DNA from: Alphaproteobacteria bacterium
GTDB taxonomy: Bacteria; Pseudomonadota; Alphaproteobacteria; MPNO01
Assembly: GCA_964291675.2 (NCBI GenBank)
Contig: OZ219866.1
Span: 2,240,001-2,304,000, forward strand
Length of the DNA stretch: 64,000 bases
Reading direction: 5' to 3'
Position numbers and translations under genes: made by a program. Positions 1 through 9,000 of the stretch are shown in pieces. The notes under the pieces are model-generated. The model did no database searches, was not told where the DNA came from, and was given only the letters and a program-made list of their open reading frames with translations. Each line of letters begins with the position of its first letter. The stretch's first letter is position 1.

Positions 1-879
1 ACCGGAGCGCCCGGGGTGAAGCTGCTTTGCCGGGTTTCCCACGAATACCGGGCTGCCGCGCTCGGCAGCCCGTTCGACTACCCGCTGTCCTCCCGGCTCG
101 ACGAGAACGACGCCATCCTGGTGCTCGACAACGTCTTCGTCCCATGGGAGGACGTCTTCATCCACGGCGACCTGGAGCAGTCCAACAAGTTCAATGTCGG
201 GTCGGGGTTCCTCGAGCGGGCCTCGCTGCACGGTTGCACGAGGCTCGCGGTGAAGCTCGACTTCATCTGCGGCCTGCTCGCGCGGGCGCTCGAGATCACC
301 GGCGCCGAGACCTTCCACGGCGTCCAGTCCAGGTTCGGCGAGGTGATCGCCTGGCGGAACGCGTTCTGGGCCCTCTCCGATGCCATGGCCAAGAGCGCCG
401 TGCCCTGGAACGGCATGATCCGTCCCGACGAGCACTTCGCCGGCGCGTATCGGGTGCTGAGTCAGGAGGCGATGCCGAAGATCAAGAACATCATCGAGCA
501 GATCGTCGCGGCCGGGCTGATCTACATGAACTCGCACACCGCCGACTTCAAGGCGCCCGAGATCCGCGGCTATCTCGACCGCTATCTGCGGGGCTCGGGC
601 GGGACCGGTGCAGAGGAGCGGGTCAAGGTGATGAAGATGCTGTGGGACTCGATCGGGTCCGAGTTCGGGTCCCGGCACGAGCTCTACGAGATCAACTATA
701 TCGGCAGCAACGACATCACCCGCCTGACCAATCTCTGGGCCGCGCAGGGGACGGGGAATCTCGCCGATTTCAAGGCCTTCGCCCAGTCCGCCATGGACGA
801 GTACGACCTCGACGGCTGGACCGCGCCCGACCTCGTGAACCCCGACGATGTGTGCATCCTCGACCCGAAGCGGGGCTAA
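1..879 (+). CDS. 4-hydroxyphenylacetate 3-hydroxylase (HpaB)-family flavin-dependent monooxygenase, oxygenase component; 5'-truncated by window edge
   Basis: SPFDYPLSSRLDENDAILVLDNVFVPWE, RLAVKLDF and GSEFGSRHELYE motifs typical of the HpaB/PvcC C-terminal domain; frame open from window start. Confidence 0.88.
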   Translation, partial: TGAPGVKLLCRVSHEYRAAALGSPFDYPLSSRLDENDAILVLDNVFVPWEDVFIHGDLEQSNKFNVGSGFLERASLHGCTRLAVKLDFICGLLARALEITGAETFHGVQSRFGEVIAWRNAFWALSDAMAKSAVPWNGMIRPDEHFAGAYRVLSQEAMPKIKNIIEQIVAAGLIYMNSHTADFKAPEIRGYLDRYLRGSGGTGAEERVKVMKMLWDSIGSEFGSRHELYEINYIGSNDITRLTNLWAAQGTGNLADFKAFAQSAMDEYDLDGWTAPDLVNPDDVCILDPKRG

Positions 880-3262
880 CCCCGCCGGGAGCGAGCCCGG
901 GGCCGGCCCCGTCCGCGACCGGCCGAACCACCAGGGCATCGGTGCGGCGGTTCCGAGGCTGGAAGACAGGCGGCTGCTGACCGGACACGGGCGCTATGCC
1001 GACGACGTCCGCGTCGAAGGCCAGGCCCGCGGCTACGTGCTCCGCTCGCCGCTGTCGCATGCGAGGATAAGGCGTATCGACGCCAGCGGGGCGATGGGCG
1101 TCCCCGGCGTCGTCGGCGTGTTGACCGGCGCGGATTACGCGTCCGACGGTCTGGGCCGGATCCCCTGCGTCAGCATCCCGCCCAGCATAACGGGCGGGCC
1201 CTATCACCCCACCCCCTTTCCGCCGCTTGCCTCGGACCGGGTGCTGACCGTCGGCGCCGGCGTGGCGTTCGTCGTGGCGGAGAGCCTCGCCGCGGCCGCC
1301 GAGGCGGCCGAGCGGATCGTCGTCGACTACGAACCCCTCGATGCCGCGCCCACGGTCGAGGCGGCGATCGCGCCCGACGCCCCTCTCGTCTGGCCCGACG
1401 CCGCGGGCAACCGCTGCTTCGTGCACGAGCTGGGCGACGCCGAGGCGACCGCGCAAGCCTTCGCCCGGGCCGAGCACGTGACGCGGGCCCGGATCCGCAG
1501 CCAGCGCCTCGCCGGCAATCCGCTGGAGCCGAGGGCCTGCATCGGCAGCTACCATGTCGGGCAGGAGCGCTGGCACCTGACCACCTCGGGCGCCAACCCG
1601 CACCGCATCCGCCTGTTGCTGGCCGAGCACATCTTCCGCGTGCCCGCGTTCCGCATCCGCGTCGTCGCCGGCGATCTCGGCGGCGGTTTCGGGACCAAGG
1701 GCGGGCTCTACCCCGAGGAGATCCTGGTCCTGTGGGCGGCAAAGCGCATCGGGCGTCCGGTCAAGTGGGTGAGCGACCGGAGCGAAGCCTTCGTCTCGGA
1801 TTTCAACGGCCGCGACCAGATCGCCGACGCCGAATTCGCGCTCACCGCCGAGGGCGACGTGCTCGGCGTGCGCGTGGCGGTGCATCACAATCTGGGCTGC
1901 CAGCTCGGCCCGTCCACCGCGCATCCGCCTCTGGTCGGCACGCGCATGCTGTCGGGCGTCTACGCCTTCCCGGCGATGCACGTGACCGTGAATGGCATTT
2001 TCACCAACACCTGCACGCTGACCACCTATCGCGGGGCCGGACGCCCGGAGGCGACGATGATCCTGGAACGGATGATGGATCTCGCCGCCGCGGAGCTCGG
2101 GCTCGACCCGGTCGAGATTCGCCGTCGCAACCTCATCGCGCCGGACCGGATGCCCTATCGGACGTCGATCGGCGAGACCTATGACTGCGGCCAGTTCGAG
2201 GCGATCTTCGACCGCGCGCTCGACCAGGCCGACTGGCACGGGTTCGAAGCCCGGCGCCGGCAGAGCCAGGCGCGCGGCAGGCTGCGCGGCCGCGGCGTGT
2301 CGATGTATGTCGAGGTCTGCGCCACCATCAGCGAGCGCATGGAGATCCGCTTCGATCCGACCGGAGGGCTCAGCATCCTGGCCGGCACCTTCTCCTACGG
2401 GCAGGGCCACGAGACCAGCTATCCCCAGATGGTCAACGAGTGGCTGGGCATGCCGCTGGACCGCATCCGGGTCGTCCAGGGCGATACCGACACGATCGCC
2501 ACCGGCCGCGGCAGCTTCGGTTCGCGCAGCATGACCGTGGGCGGCTCGGCGCTCAAACGGGCGTGCGAGCAGGTTGTCGAGCGCGGGCGCATCGCGGCCG
2601 CCGTTCTGCTGGGTGTCGACCCGGACGAGCTGCGCTTCGCGGACGGCGCCTACGCCACCGCATCCGGCGAGAAGCAGATCGCTCTCGACGCCGTCGCCCG
2701 GGCCACGTTTGCGTGGGCGTCTCCCCGCCCCTTGCCGCCCGAGCTGCGATCCGGCCTGGAGGGTCGCGGCTACTTCACCGCCGATCCGCAGAACTATCCC
2801 AACGGATGCTATGCGGCGGAGGTGGAGGTCGATCCGGAGACCGGCCAGGTCGAGCTCGTCGCGGTGTCCGCCGTCGACGATGTCGGCGTCGTCATCAACC
2901 CCCTGATCCTGGAGGGGCAGGTCCATGGCGGGATCGCGCAGGCCGCCGGCCAGGTGCTCAAGGAGGCCGTCGTCTTCGATGGCGACGGCCAGCTCCTGAC
3001 CGGCTCGTTCCTCGACTACGCGATGCCCCTGGCGGCCGACTTCCCCGATTTCCGCCTCGGCTCGCGCCCGGTTCCGACCGCGACGAACCCGCTCGGCGTG
3101 AAGGGCGGGGCCGAGACCGGTACGGTGGGCCTGCCGCCGGCGATCGTGGCCGCCGTCGTCGATGCCCTGCGCCCGCTCGGCGTGCGCGACATCGACCCGC
3201 CGGTCACGCCGTTCGCGGTATGGAAGGCGATAGCGGATGCCAAGCAGGGAGGCGCGGTTTGA
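848..3262 (+). CDS. Xanthine dehydrogenase/CoxL-family molybdopterin-binding large subunit (form II-like, not a bona fide CO dehydrogenase)
   Basis: EDRRLLTG, GGGFGTK, TYRGAGRPEA, GQGHET, EGQVHGG, NPLGVKG motifs; ATG 848 is the only in-frame start before the conserved N-terminus. Confidence 0.9.
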   Translation: MCASSTRSGANPAGSEPGAGPVRDRPNHQGIGAAVPRLEDRRLLTGHGRYADDVRVEGQARGYVLRSPLSHARIRRIDASGAMGVPGVVGVLTGADYASDGLGRIPCVSIPPSITGGPYHPTPFPPLASDRVLTVGAGVAFVVAESLAAAAEAAERIVVDYEPLDAAPTVEAAIAPDAPLVWPDAAGNRCFVHELGDAEATAQAFARAEHVTRARIRSQRLAGNPLEPRACIGSYHVGQERWHLTTSGANPHRIRLLLAEHIFRVPAFRIRVVAGDLGGGFGTKGGLYPEEILVLWAAKRIGRPVKWVSDRSEAFVSDFNGRDQIADAEFALTAEGDVLGVRVAVHHNLGCQLGPSTAHPPLVGTRMLSGVYAFPAMHVTVNGIFTNTCTLTTYRGAGRPEATMILERMMDLAAAELGLDPVEIRRRNLIAPDRMPYRTSIGETYDCGQFEAIFDRALDQADWHGFEARRRQSQARGRLRGRGVSMYVEVCATISERMEIRFDPTGGLSILAGTFSYGQGHETSYPQMVNEWLGMPLDRIRVVQGDTDTIATGRGSFGSRSMTVGGSALKRACEQVVERGRIAAAVLLGVDPDELRFADGAYATASGEKQIALDAVARATFAWASPRPLPPELRSGLEGRGYFTADPQNYPNGCYAAEVEVDPETGQVELVAVSAVDDVGVVINPLILEGQVHGGIAQAAGQVLKEAVVFDGDGQLLTGSFLDYAMPLAADFPDFRLGSRPVPTATNPLGVKGGAETGTVGLPPAIVAAVVDALRPLGVRDIDPPVTPFAVWKAIADAKQGGAV

Positions 3263-4011
3263 AAGCGGACGCGACGCCGGTCGTGAAACCCATCGGCGGG
3301 GCCACGCGGGCGCGTCTGTTGCGATGCGGCGCGGCGAATCTGAGCAACGCCCTGCTCAGGCGCGGGCTGCGCAACGCCTTTCTGCCCGGCCTGTCGCCGG
3401 TTGCGCCCGACCAGGAACCCATGGTGGGGCCGGCCTTCACGCTGCGCTTCATTCCGGCGCGCGAGGACATCGATTCGATGGACCTCTACGCGCGCGAGGA
3501 CAGCCTGCACCGGCGCGCCATCGAGGAGTGCCCCCCGGGCGCGGTGCTGGTGATGGCCACGGGGGGCGATGCCCGGGCCTCGGCGATGGGCGATTTGATG
3601 GCGCTTCGACTGCGCATGCGCGGCGTCTCCGGGGTGGTCACCGACGGTGGATTTCGCGACTCGCCAGGGATCCGCGATACCGGCCTGCCGTGTTTTCAGC
3701 TTCAGGGCTCGGGGCCGCCCACGCCGATCGCCCTGCATCCGGTCGAGTTCAACGCGCCCGTCGGCTGCGCCGGGGTCGCCGTTTATCCGGGCGACGTCAT
3801 CGTCGGCAACGGCGAGGGCGTGGTCGCGATCCCCCGGCACCTTGCGGACGAGGTGGCCGCCGAAGTCGCCGGGGAGGTCGACTACGAGGCGTTCGTGAGC
3901 TTCCAGCTGAAGCGCGGCCGCTCCATTTTCGGCCTGTTCCCGGCGACGGCGGAGAGCCGCAGGGAGTACCAGGCCTGGCTGGCCGACGGACGCCGCCAAT
4001 CGGAGGACTAG
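3259..4011 (+). CDS. RraA-like / HMG-CHA aldolase family protein
   Basis: MVGPAFTLRFIPARED, GVVTDGGFRD, GCAGVAVYPGDVIVG motifs; TTG start overlaps the upstream TGA; C-terminal part of track ORF 2440..4011. Confidence 0.85.
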   Translation: MKADATPVVKPIGGATRARLLRCGAANLSNALLRRGLRNAFLPGLSPVAPDQEPMVGPAFTLRFIPAREDIDSMDLYAREDSLHRRAIEECPPGAVLVMATGGDARASAMGDLMALRLRMRGVSGVVTDGGFRDSPGIRDTGLPCFQLQGSGPPTPIALHPVEFNAPVGCAGVAVYPGDVIVGNGEGVVAIPRHLADEVAAEVAGEVDYEAFVSFQLKRGRSIFGLFPATAESRREYQAWLADGRRQSED

Positions 4012-4014
4012 AAG

Positions 4015-4446
4015 ATGACCGACACATCGTCCCAGGAGTCGCTGGCCAAGTCGCTGGAGCTGCTGATCCACCGGGACGGCCTGGATCCGGAACAGTGGCT
4101 CGACTTTCCGGATTACGGGCTCAGGCAGTACTTCCTCTGGAAGAACCCGGAGACCGGCGCCAGCATCGCCCTGGTCGAGTTCGAGAAGGGCGGGCACATA
4201 CCGGTCAAGCACACCCATGCGTCGAACCAGTTCATGTATTGCCTGGAAGGCGACTACGAGTACACCGATGTCGGCTTGCGCCTGAAGCCCGGCTCCTTCT
4301 ACATGAACCCGAAGGACCATCCCCACGGTCCGACGATCGCGCACGAACGCAGCCTGCTGATCGAGATCTACGACGGCCCGCACTACTACGAGCGGCCGGA
4401 ATTTCACACCGACGAGACGATCGGCGAGTTCCTCGCCAAGGACTAG
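4015..4446 (+). CDS. Cupin-domain protein (ChrR-like / dihydroxyacetophenone dioxygenase-like)
   Basis: H-T-H...LEG and PGSFYMNPKDHPHGP cupin metal motifs, 143 aa. Confidence 0.75.
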   Translation: MTDTSSQESLAKSLELLIHRDGLDPEQWLDFPDYGLRQYFLWKNPETGASIALVEFEKGGHIPVKHTHASNQFMYCLEGDYEYTDVGLRLKPGSFYMNPKDHPHGPTIAHERSLLIEIYDGPHYYERPEFHTDETIGEFLAKD

Positions 4447-4575
4447 CGGGTTTTTCGGAAGCGCTCATCGTGTTGTTGCGGGTGGACGGGTGCGACCGGA
4501 GGCGTCCCGATCTTCGCCATGGCCATCGCGCGGCGCGCGTGAAGGGCGAAGCGGGGAACCGGCCGGCGGCGGGGC

Positions 4576-4605
4576 TTGCACGGCCGCAAATCCGCCGCAT
4601 AAGAT
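4576..4605 (+). promoter_or_regulatory. Putative sigma70 promoter for dapA-like / Rieske genes
   Basis: TTGCAC-N18-TAAGAT in the 230 bp intergenic gap, upstream of a GGGAGG RBS and ATG 4678. Confidence 0.35.
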
Positions 4606-4677
4606 GCTTTGCCGGATGCGCCTGAGCCTTCCTTGTTCGAGGTCCCGGACTGTCCCAACGCCGATGGGGAGGGACAC

Positions 4678-5610
4678 ATGGTAACGAAGCACGAATTCTG
4701 GTCGCGCGTTTTCACCTTCGTCCCGACGCCGCTCAAGGACGACGGCGAGGCGATCGACGAGGACGGCCTGCGGCGCGTGCTCGATCACCAGATCGAGAAC
4801 CGCGTGGACGGGGTCTGCGTGTTCGGCTCGACCGGCGGCAACGGCTCGTTCTCCGAAGACGAGATGAAGCGCGGCATCGAGGTCGCGGCGCGGCACGTGG
4901 ATGGCCGCATCTCCGTGATCGCGGGCACCGGCGCGCGCACCACCTCCGGCTGTACGCGGCTCTCCCAGCATGCCGGGGCGGTCGGTTGCGACGGCGTGAT
5001 GATCCTGCCGATGACCTACTGGCCGCTGACCCTCGACGAGGTGCGCGCGCATTACGAGCGCGTCGCCGACGCGATCGACTTGCCGATCTGCGTCTACAAC
5101 AACCCGTGGACCACCGGCATCGACATGCCGCCCGAGTTCCTGGCCGAGCTCGCGCGGCACGAGAACATGCGCTGTATCAAGGAGAGCACCGGGGATCTCG
5201 CGCGGATCAGCGCGATCCGCAGGCTGACCGGCGACGGTGTCGCGATCGTCGCCGGCTGGGAGTCGACGAGCCTCCAGGCGTTCAGCGCCGGCGCCACCGG
5301 CTGGGCACCGGTCGTCACCAATTTCCTGCCCGACCTTGCGATGGCGTTCTTCCGTGCCGCGGTGCATGACCACGACCTCGCCGGAGCGCGCGCGATCTGG
5401 GACCGTTTGTTCCCGATCTGCGAGCTGATCTGCGCCAAGTCGCATATCCGGGTGGGGCATACCGGGCTCGACATTCTGGGCCGGCCGGTCGGCCCGCCGC
5501 GGCGGCCGCTCGGAATGCTCGACGAAGAAGACCGCGCGAGGCTGCGATCGCTGCTCGAAGCCGCGGGCGCGTTCGGCGCGGAGGCCGGCGCGGGGATCGC
5601 GGCCCAGTAG
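4678..5610 (+). CDS. Dihydrodipicolinate synthase / N-acetylneuraminate lyase family class I aldolase (catabolic)
   Basis: GSTG motif, YNNP, Schiff-base KES; RBS GGGAGG before ATG 4678. Confidence 0.85.
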   Translation: MVTKHEFWSRVFTFVPTPLKDDGEAIDEDGLRRVLDHQIENRVDGVCVFGSTGGNGSFSEDEMKRGIEVAARHVDGRISVIAGTGARTTSGCTRLSQHAGAVGCDGVMILPMTYWPLTLDEVRAHYERVADAIDLPICVYNNPWTTGIDMPPEFLAELARHENMRCIKESTGDLARISAIRRLTGDGVAIVAGWESTSLQAFSAGATGWAPVVTNFLPDLAMAFFRAAVHDHDLAGARAIWDRLFPICELICAKSHIRVGHTGLDILGRPVGPPRRPLGMLDEEDRARLRSLLEAAGAFGAEAGAGIAAQ

Positions 5611-5666
5611 CGGGCCGGCGAAACCCGCCGCGGCTCGTGCGCCACTGACGGGAGGAGCAGGCGGAC

Positions 5667-6878
5667 ATGTCCAGGACTGCGATCGAATGGGCGAAGCGAC
5701 CCGGCCTGCCGGCCAGCCATTTCGTGGACAACGCGATCTTCACCAGCGAGGAGATCTTCCGGGAGGAGAAGGAGAAAATCTTCGACCGGGTGTGGAAATT
5801 CGTTTGCCACGACCAGGAACTGCCCGAGCCGTTCGACTATCGGACGACCACGCTGGCCGGCACGCCGCTGATCGTCTCCCGCGACGGCGACGGCCGGGTC
5901 CGCGGGTTCGTCAACGCCTGCTCCCACCGCGGCTCCCTGGTCCTGCGCCGGCCGCGCGGCAATGCGCGCCGCTGGGTTTGCCCGTTCCACCAATGGGTCT
6001 ATGACAGCGGCGGCAACTGCGTCGCCATCCCGCGCAACGAGGCCTACGAACACTGCGACGTCGCGACCGGGACGATGGGTCTCCGCGAGGTGCGGACCGA
6101 GGTCCGGCTGGGCCTGGTCTTCGTCAACCTCGACGACGATTGCGAGCCGCTCGACGATTTTCTCAGCGGCTGCCTGGTCTCGCTGGAGGAGTGCATGGGG
6201 ACGCGGACGCTGGAGCCGTTCCACTTCCACCGGGTCGTGCTGAACACCAACTGGAAGCTCTGGCAGCTCACCAATCTGGAACCCTATCACGAGGGCATGC
6301 ACATCTACAACGTGAAGACCAATATGAGCCAGCCGAACTACATGGAACGCCGCATCCGGCCGCGGCCGCGGGGGCATTCGTTCCTGGAATCGTTTGCGCC
6401 GGACTACAAGCTGTCGCGCGCGGGAAAAGCGGGCGAGAGCCGGGCGCGCGGGCCGTTCCCCGGGCTGGCGGCGGACGAATGGCGTCTGGTGAACATCTTT
6501 CCCGACGTGATGGTCAATGTGCGAACCACCGTGGCGCGGGTCGACTGCGTCATTCCCCTCGGCCCGACGCGCACCGTCGTCGAGTACCGCGCGCTCGGCA
6601 TCAAGGGGGAGTCGGCGGACGACCGCGAGATGCGCATGCGCCACCACAACGAGATCTGGGGGCCGTTCGGGCGCAACCTGCCGGAGGACAATGTCGCCTC
6701 CGAGATCCAGATGGCGACCATGCGCGACGGCAGCTCGGTCTTCAGCATCCACGCGCGCGAGGAGGACCAGCGCGGCCAGGATGACATTCCCTTGCGAAAC
6801 TATTTCGCCGAGTGGAGCCGCCGCTTGGGGCGCGACCCGTCCGACCCGTTCGCCGGCGGCCCCGCGGCGGTGCATTGA
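5667..6878 (+). CDS. Rieske non-heme iron oxygenase alpha subunit, methanesulfonate monooxygenase MsmA-like
   Basis: CSH-X17-CPFH Rieske motif; EPYHEGMH iron motif; N-terminal EWAKRPGLPASHFVD and C-terminal HNEIWGPFGRNLPED...EWSRRLGRDPSDP resemble MsmA as I recall it. Confidence 0.82.
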   Translation: MSRTAIEWAKRPGLPASHFVDNAIFTSEEIFREEKEKIFDRVWKFVCHDQELPEPFDYRTTTLAGTPLIVSRDGDGRVRGFVNACSHRGSLVLRRPRGNARRWVCPFHQWVYDSGGNCVAIPRNEAYEHCDVATGTMGLREVRTEVRLGLVFVNLDDDCEPLDDFLSGCLVSLEECMGTRTLEPFHFHRVVLNTNWKLWQLTNLEPYHEGMHIYNVKTNMSQPNYMERRIRPRPRGHSFLESFAPDYKLSRAGKAGESRARGPFPGLAADEWRLVNIFPDVMVNVRTTVARVDCVIPLGPTRTVVEYRALGIKGESADDREMRMRHHNEIWGPFGRNLPEDNVASEIQMATMRDGSSVFSIHAREEDQRGQDDIPLRNYFAEWSRRLGRDPSDPFAGGPAAVH

Positions 6879-6895
6879 GAGCGCGCCGGGCCCCG

Positions 6896-7360
6896 ATGGC
6901 GATCTCGGAAAGGGAAGTCGAGAACCTGATCCGCGCCGCGTGCCTGCGGATGAATGCCGACGACTACGCGGGCTGGCTCAACGATCTGTGCCTGCCGGCG
7001 TTCCGCTACAGCATCACCGCCCATAGCGAAGAGATCGGCCAGCGCATGACCTGGTTCGATCACCAGCGCGAACCCCTGCTCGAGCTGTGCCTGTCGGTCG
7101 GCGATCATTTCACCAATCTCGGCACATACCACCGGCATGCCAGCGTCTATCGCGTCGAGATCGACGGCGAGGCCGGAGAAGCCGAGGCGGTCTCCTCGGT
7201 GATCGTCATGCACACCACGCTCGAAGGCGAGTCGCGGTTCTACGCGACGGGCTATTACGAGGACCGGATCGACGTCTCGGGCGCGCGCCCGCTGTTCCGG
7301 CGGCGCAATGTCGCCCTGACGACGACATTGCTGGTGTCCGGCTCGCATCTCCCCCTCTAG
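6896..7360 (+). CDS. Ring-hydroxylating oxygenase beta subunit, MsmB-like
   Basis: About 154 aa SnoaL/NTF2-type protein directly after the alpha subunit; YSITAHSEEIGQRMTW, RHASVY, GSHLPL end resemble MsmB. Confidence 0.78.
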   Translation: MAISEREVENLIRAACLRMNADDYAGWLNDLCLPAFRYSITAHSEEIGQRMTWFDHQREPLLELCLSVGDHFTNLGTYHRHASVYRVEIDGEAGEAEAVSSVIVMHTTLEGESRFYATGYYEDRIDVSGARPLFRRRNVALTTTLLVSGSHLPL

Positions 7361-7435
7361 CCCGCCCGACAACCGACATTGACTCCACGCGCCGCGCCGT
7401 AACATCCTTGTGAACTTCCCACACAGGAGAGCGTT

Positions 7436-8470
7436 ATGACGAGAGCTCTCGCTATTCTCGCCGTTCTGGCAGCGCTGGCTGTCTTCGGTCCGGCCGACAC
7501 TGCGCGCGCCGCGGATTACACGATGCGGCTGCACCATCTCTCGCCCCCGGTCTCGGCCGCGAGCCGCCTGTTCTTCGCGCCGTGGGTCAAGCGGGTCAAC
7601 GAGCGTTCGGGCAAGCGGCTGCAGATCGACGTGTACCCGTCCATGCAGCTCGGCGGCCGGCCGCCGCAGCTGATCGACCAGGTCCGCGACGGCGTCGTCG
7701 ACATGGTGTGGACGCTGCCCGGCTACACGCCGGGACGCTTCCCGAGGCTCGAGGTGTTCCACCTGCCCTTCGTGCACACCACGACCCATGCCACCAACAT
7801 GGCGCTGCAGGACTTCCAGGAGATGCATCTCCAGGACGAATTCAAGGACTACAAGATCCTGCTGCTCCACGTGCATGCCGGCAACGTGTTCATCATGCGC
7901 AACAAGCCGCTGCGGCGGCTCGAGGATTTCAAGGGCCTCAAGATCCGCACGCCGCATCGCGGCGGTTCCTGGTTCATCGAGGCGATGGGCGCGACCGCGG
8001 TCGGGACGCCGATCGGAGAGGTCACGCCGCTGCTCTCCCGCGGCGTGATCGACGGGGCGCTGGTCCCCTACGAGATCATCTGGCCCTTCAAGATGCACGA
8101 GATGACCAAGTACTCGGTGGACATCCCGGGCAACGCGCGCGTGCAGACCGCGGTGTTCTTCCTCGGCATGCACAAGAAGAGCTACGAGAAGCTGCCGGCC
8201 GATCTGAAGAAGGTGATCGACGACACCACGGGCCGCGCGCTCGCCCCGATCGCCGCCGAGGTGTGGGACAAGGCGGAGCAGCCCGGCATCGATGCCGCCA
8301 AGAAGCGCGGCAACGAGTTCATATTCCTGTCCGACGCGGAGACCGACCGGATCCGCCAGGCATCGGAAGCCGCGATCGGCCGCTGGCTCGCCTTGGTCAA
8401 GGACCGCGGCATCGACGGCGAGAAGGTCCTGTCGGACGCGCGCGCGCTGCTCGCCAAGCACGCGAAGTAG
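7436..8470 (+). CDS. dctP: TRAP transporter substrate-binding protein DctP
   Basis: Signal peptide; YPSMQLGGRPPQLIDQVRDGVVD, GYTPGRFP, DFKGLKIR. Confidence 0.93.
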   Translation: MTRALAILAVLAALAVFGPADTARAADYTMRLHHLSPPVSAASRLFFAPWVKRVNERSGKRLQIDVYPSMQLGGRPPQLIDQVRDGVVDMVWTLPGYTPGRFPRLEVFHLPFVHTTTHATNMALQDFQEMHLQDEFKDYKILLLHVHAGNVFIMRNKPLRRLEDFKGLKIRTPHRGGSWFIEAMGATAVGTPIGEVTPLLSRGVIDGALVPYEIIWPFKMHEMTKYSVDIPGNARVQTAVFFLGMHKKSYEKLPADLKKVIDDTTGRALAPIAAEVWDKAEQPGIDAAKKRGNEFIFLSDAETDRIRQASEAAIGRWLALVKDRGIDGEKVLSDARALLAKHAK

Positions 8471-8481
8471 CCGCCCGCGCC

Positions 8482-9000
8482 GTGGACGAGCCCGGTTCGG
8501 GCGGGCCGTCGACCGACGGCCCGGTCGGCCGCTGCCTCTCGCTGTTGACCCGCGCCTTCGCGCTGGCCGGCGGGGCGATCCTGGTCGCGATGACCGTCAT
8601 GGAGACCGTGAGTATCTCGCTCCGCGCCGTGGTCGGCGCGCCGATCCCCGGCGACTTCGAGCTGATCAAGATGGGAACGGCGATCGCGGTGGTCGCCTTC
8701 CTGCCCTACTGCCAGCTGGTGAAGGGGAATTTCATCGTCGATTTCGTGCTCGCCAGGGCGCCGGACCGGGTGAGGGCGGCGATGGATGCGCTCGGCGGGC
8801 TGGCGCTGGGGTTCATCGCGGCGATATTGCTGTGGCGCATGACGCTCGGCGGCATCGATCTTCGGGCCAGCGCCGACAAGTCGATGGTCCTGAGCCTGCC
8901 CATCTGGTCGGCGTTCCCGCCGATTATCCTGTCGCTCGCATTGCTGGTCGTCGTCAGCCTCTATGTGTTCTGGCGCGACTTCAAGGCGGCGGTTCGGTGA
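8482..9000 (+). CDS. dctQ: TRAP transporter small permease DctQ
   Basis: About 4 TM helices, PIPGDFEL, LPYCQL...NFIVD; GTG start inferred. Confidence 0.85.
   Translation: MDEPGSGGPSTDGPVGRCLSLLTRAFALAGGAILVAMTVMETVSISLRAVVGAPIPGDFELIKMGTAIAVVAFLPYCQLVKGNFIVDFVLARAPDRVRAAMDALGGLALGFIAAILLWRMTLGGIDLRASADKSMVLSLPIWSAFPPIILSLALLVVVSLYVFWRDFKAAVR

Noticed and set aside
848-3262. Aerobic CO dehydrogenase
   Set aside because: Lacks the form I AYXCSFR motif and coxMS/accessory genes
3259-4011. RNase E regulator RraA
   Set aside because: Length and catabolic context favour the HMG/CHA aldolase-like branch
7379-7405. TTGACT...TAACAT promoter-like sequence before dctP
   Set aside because: Spacer of only 15 bp; not called
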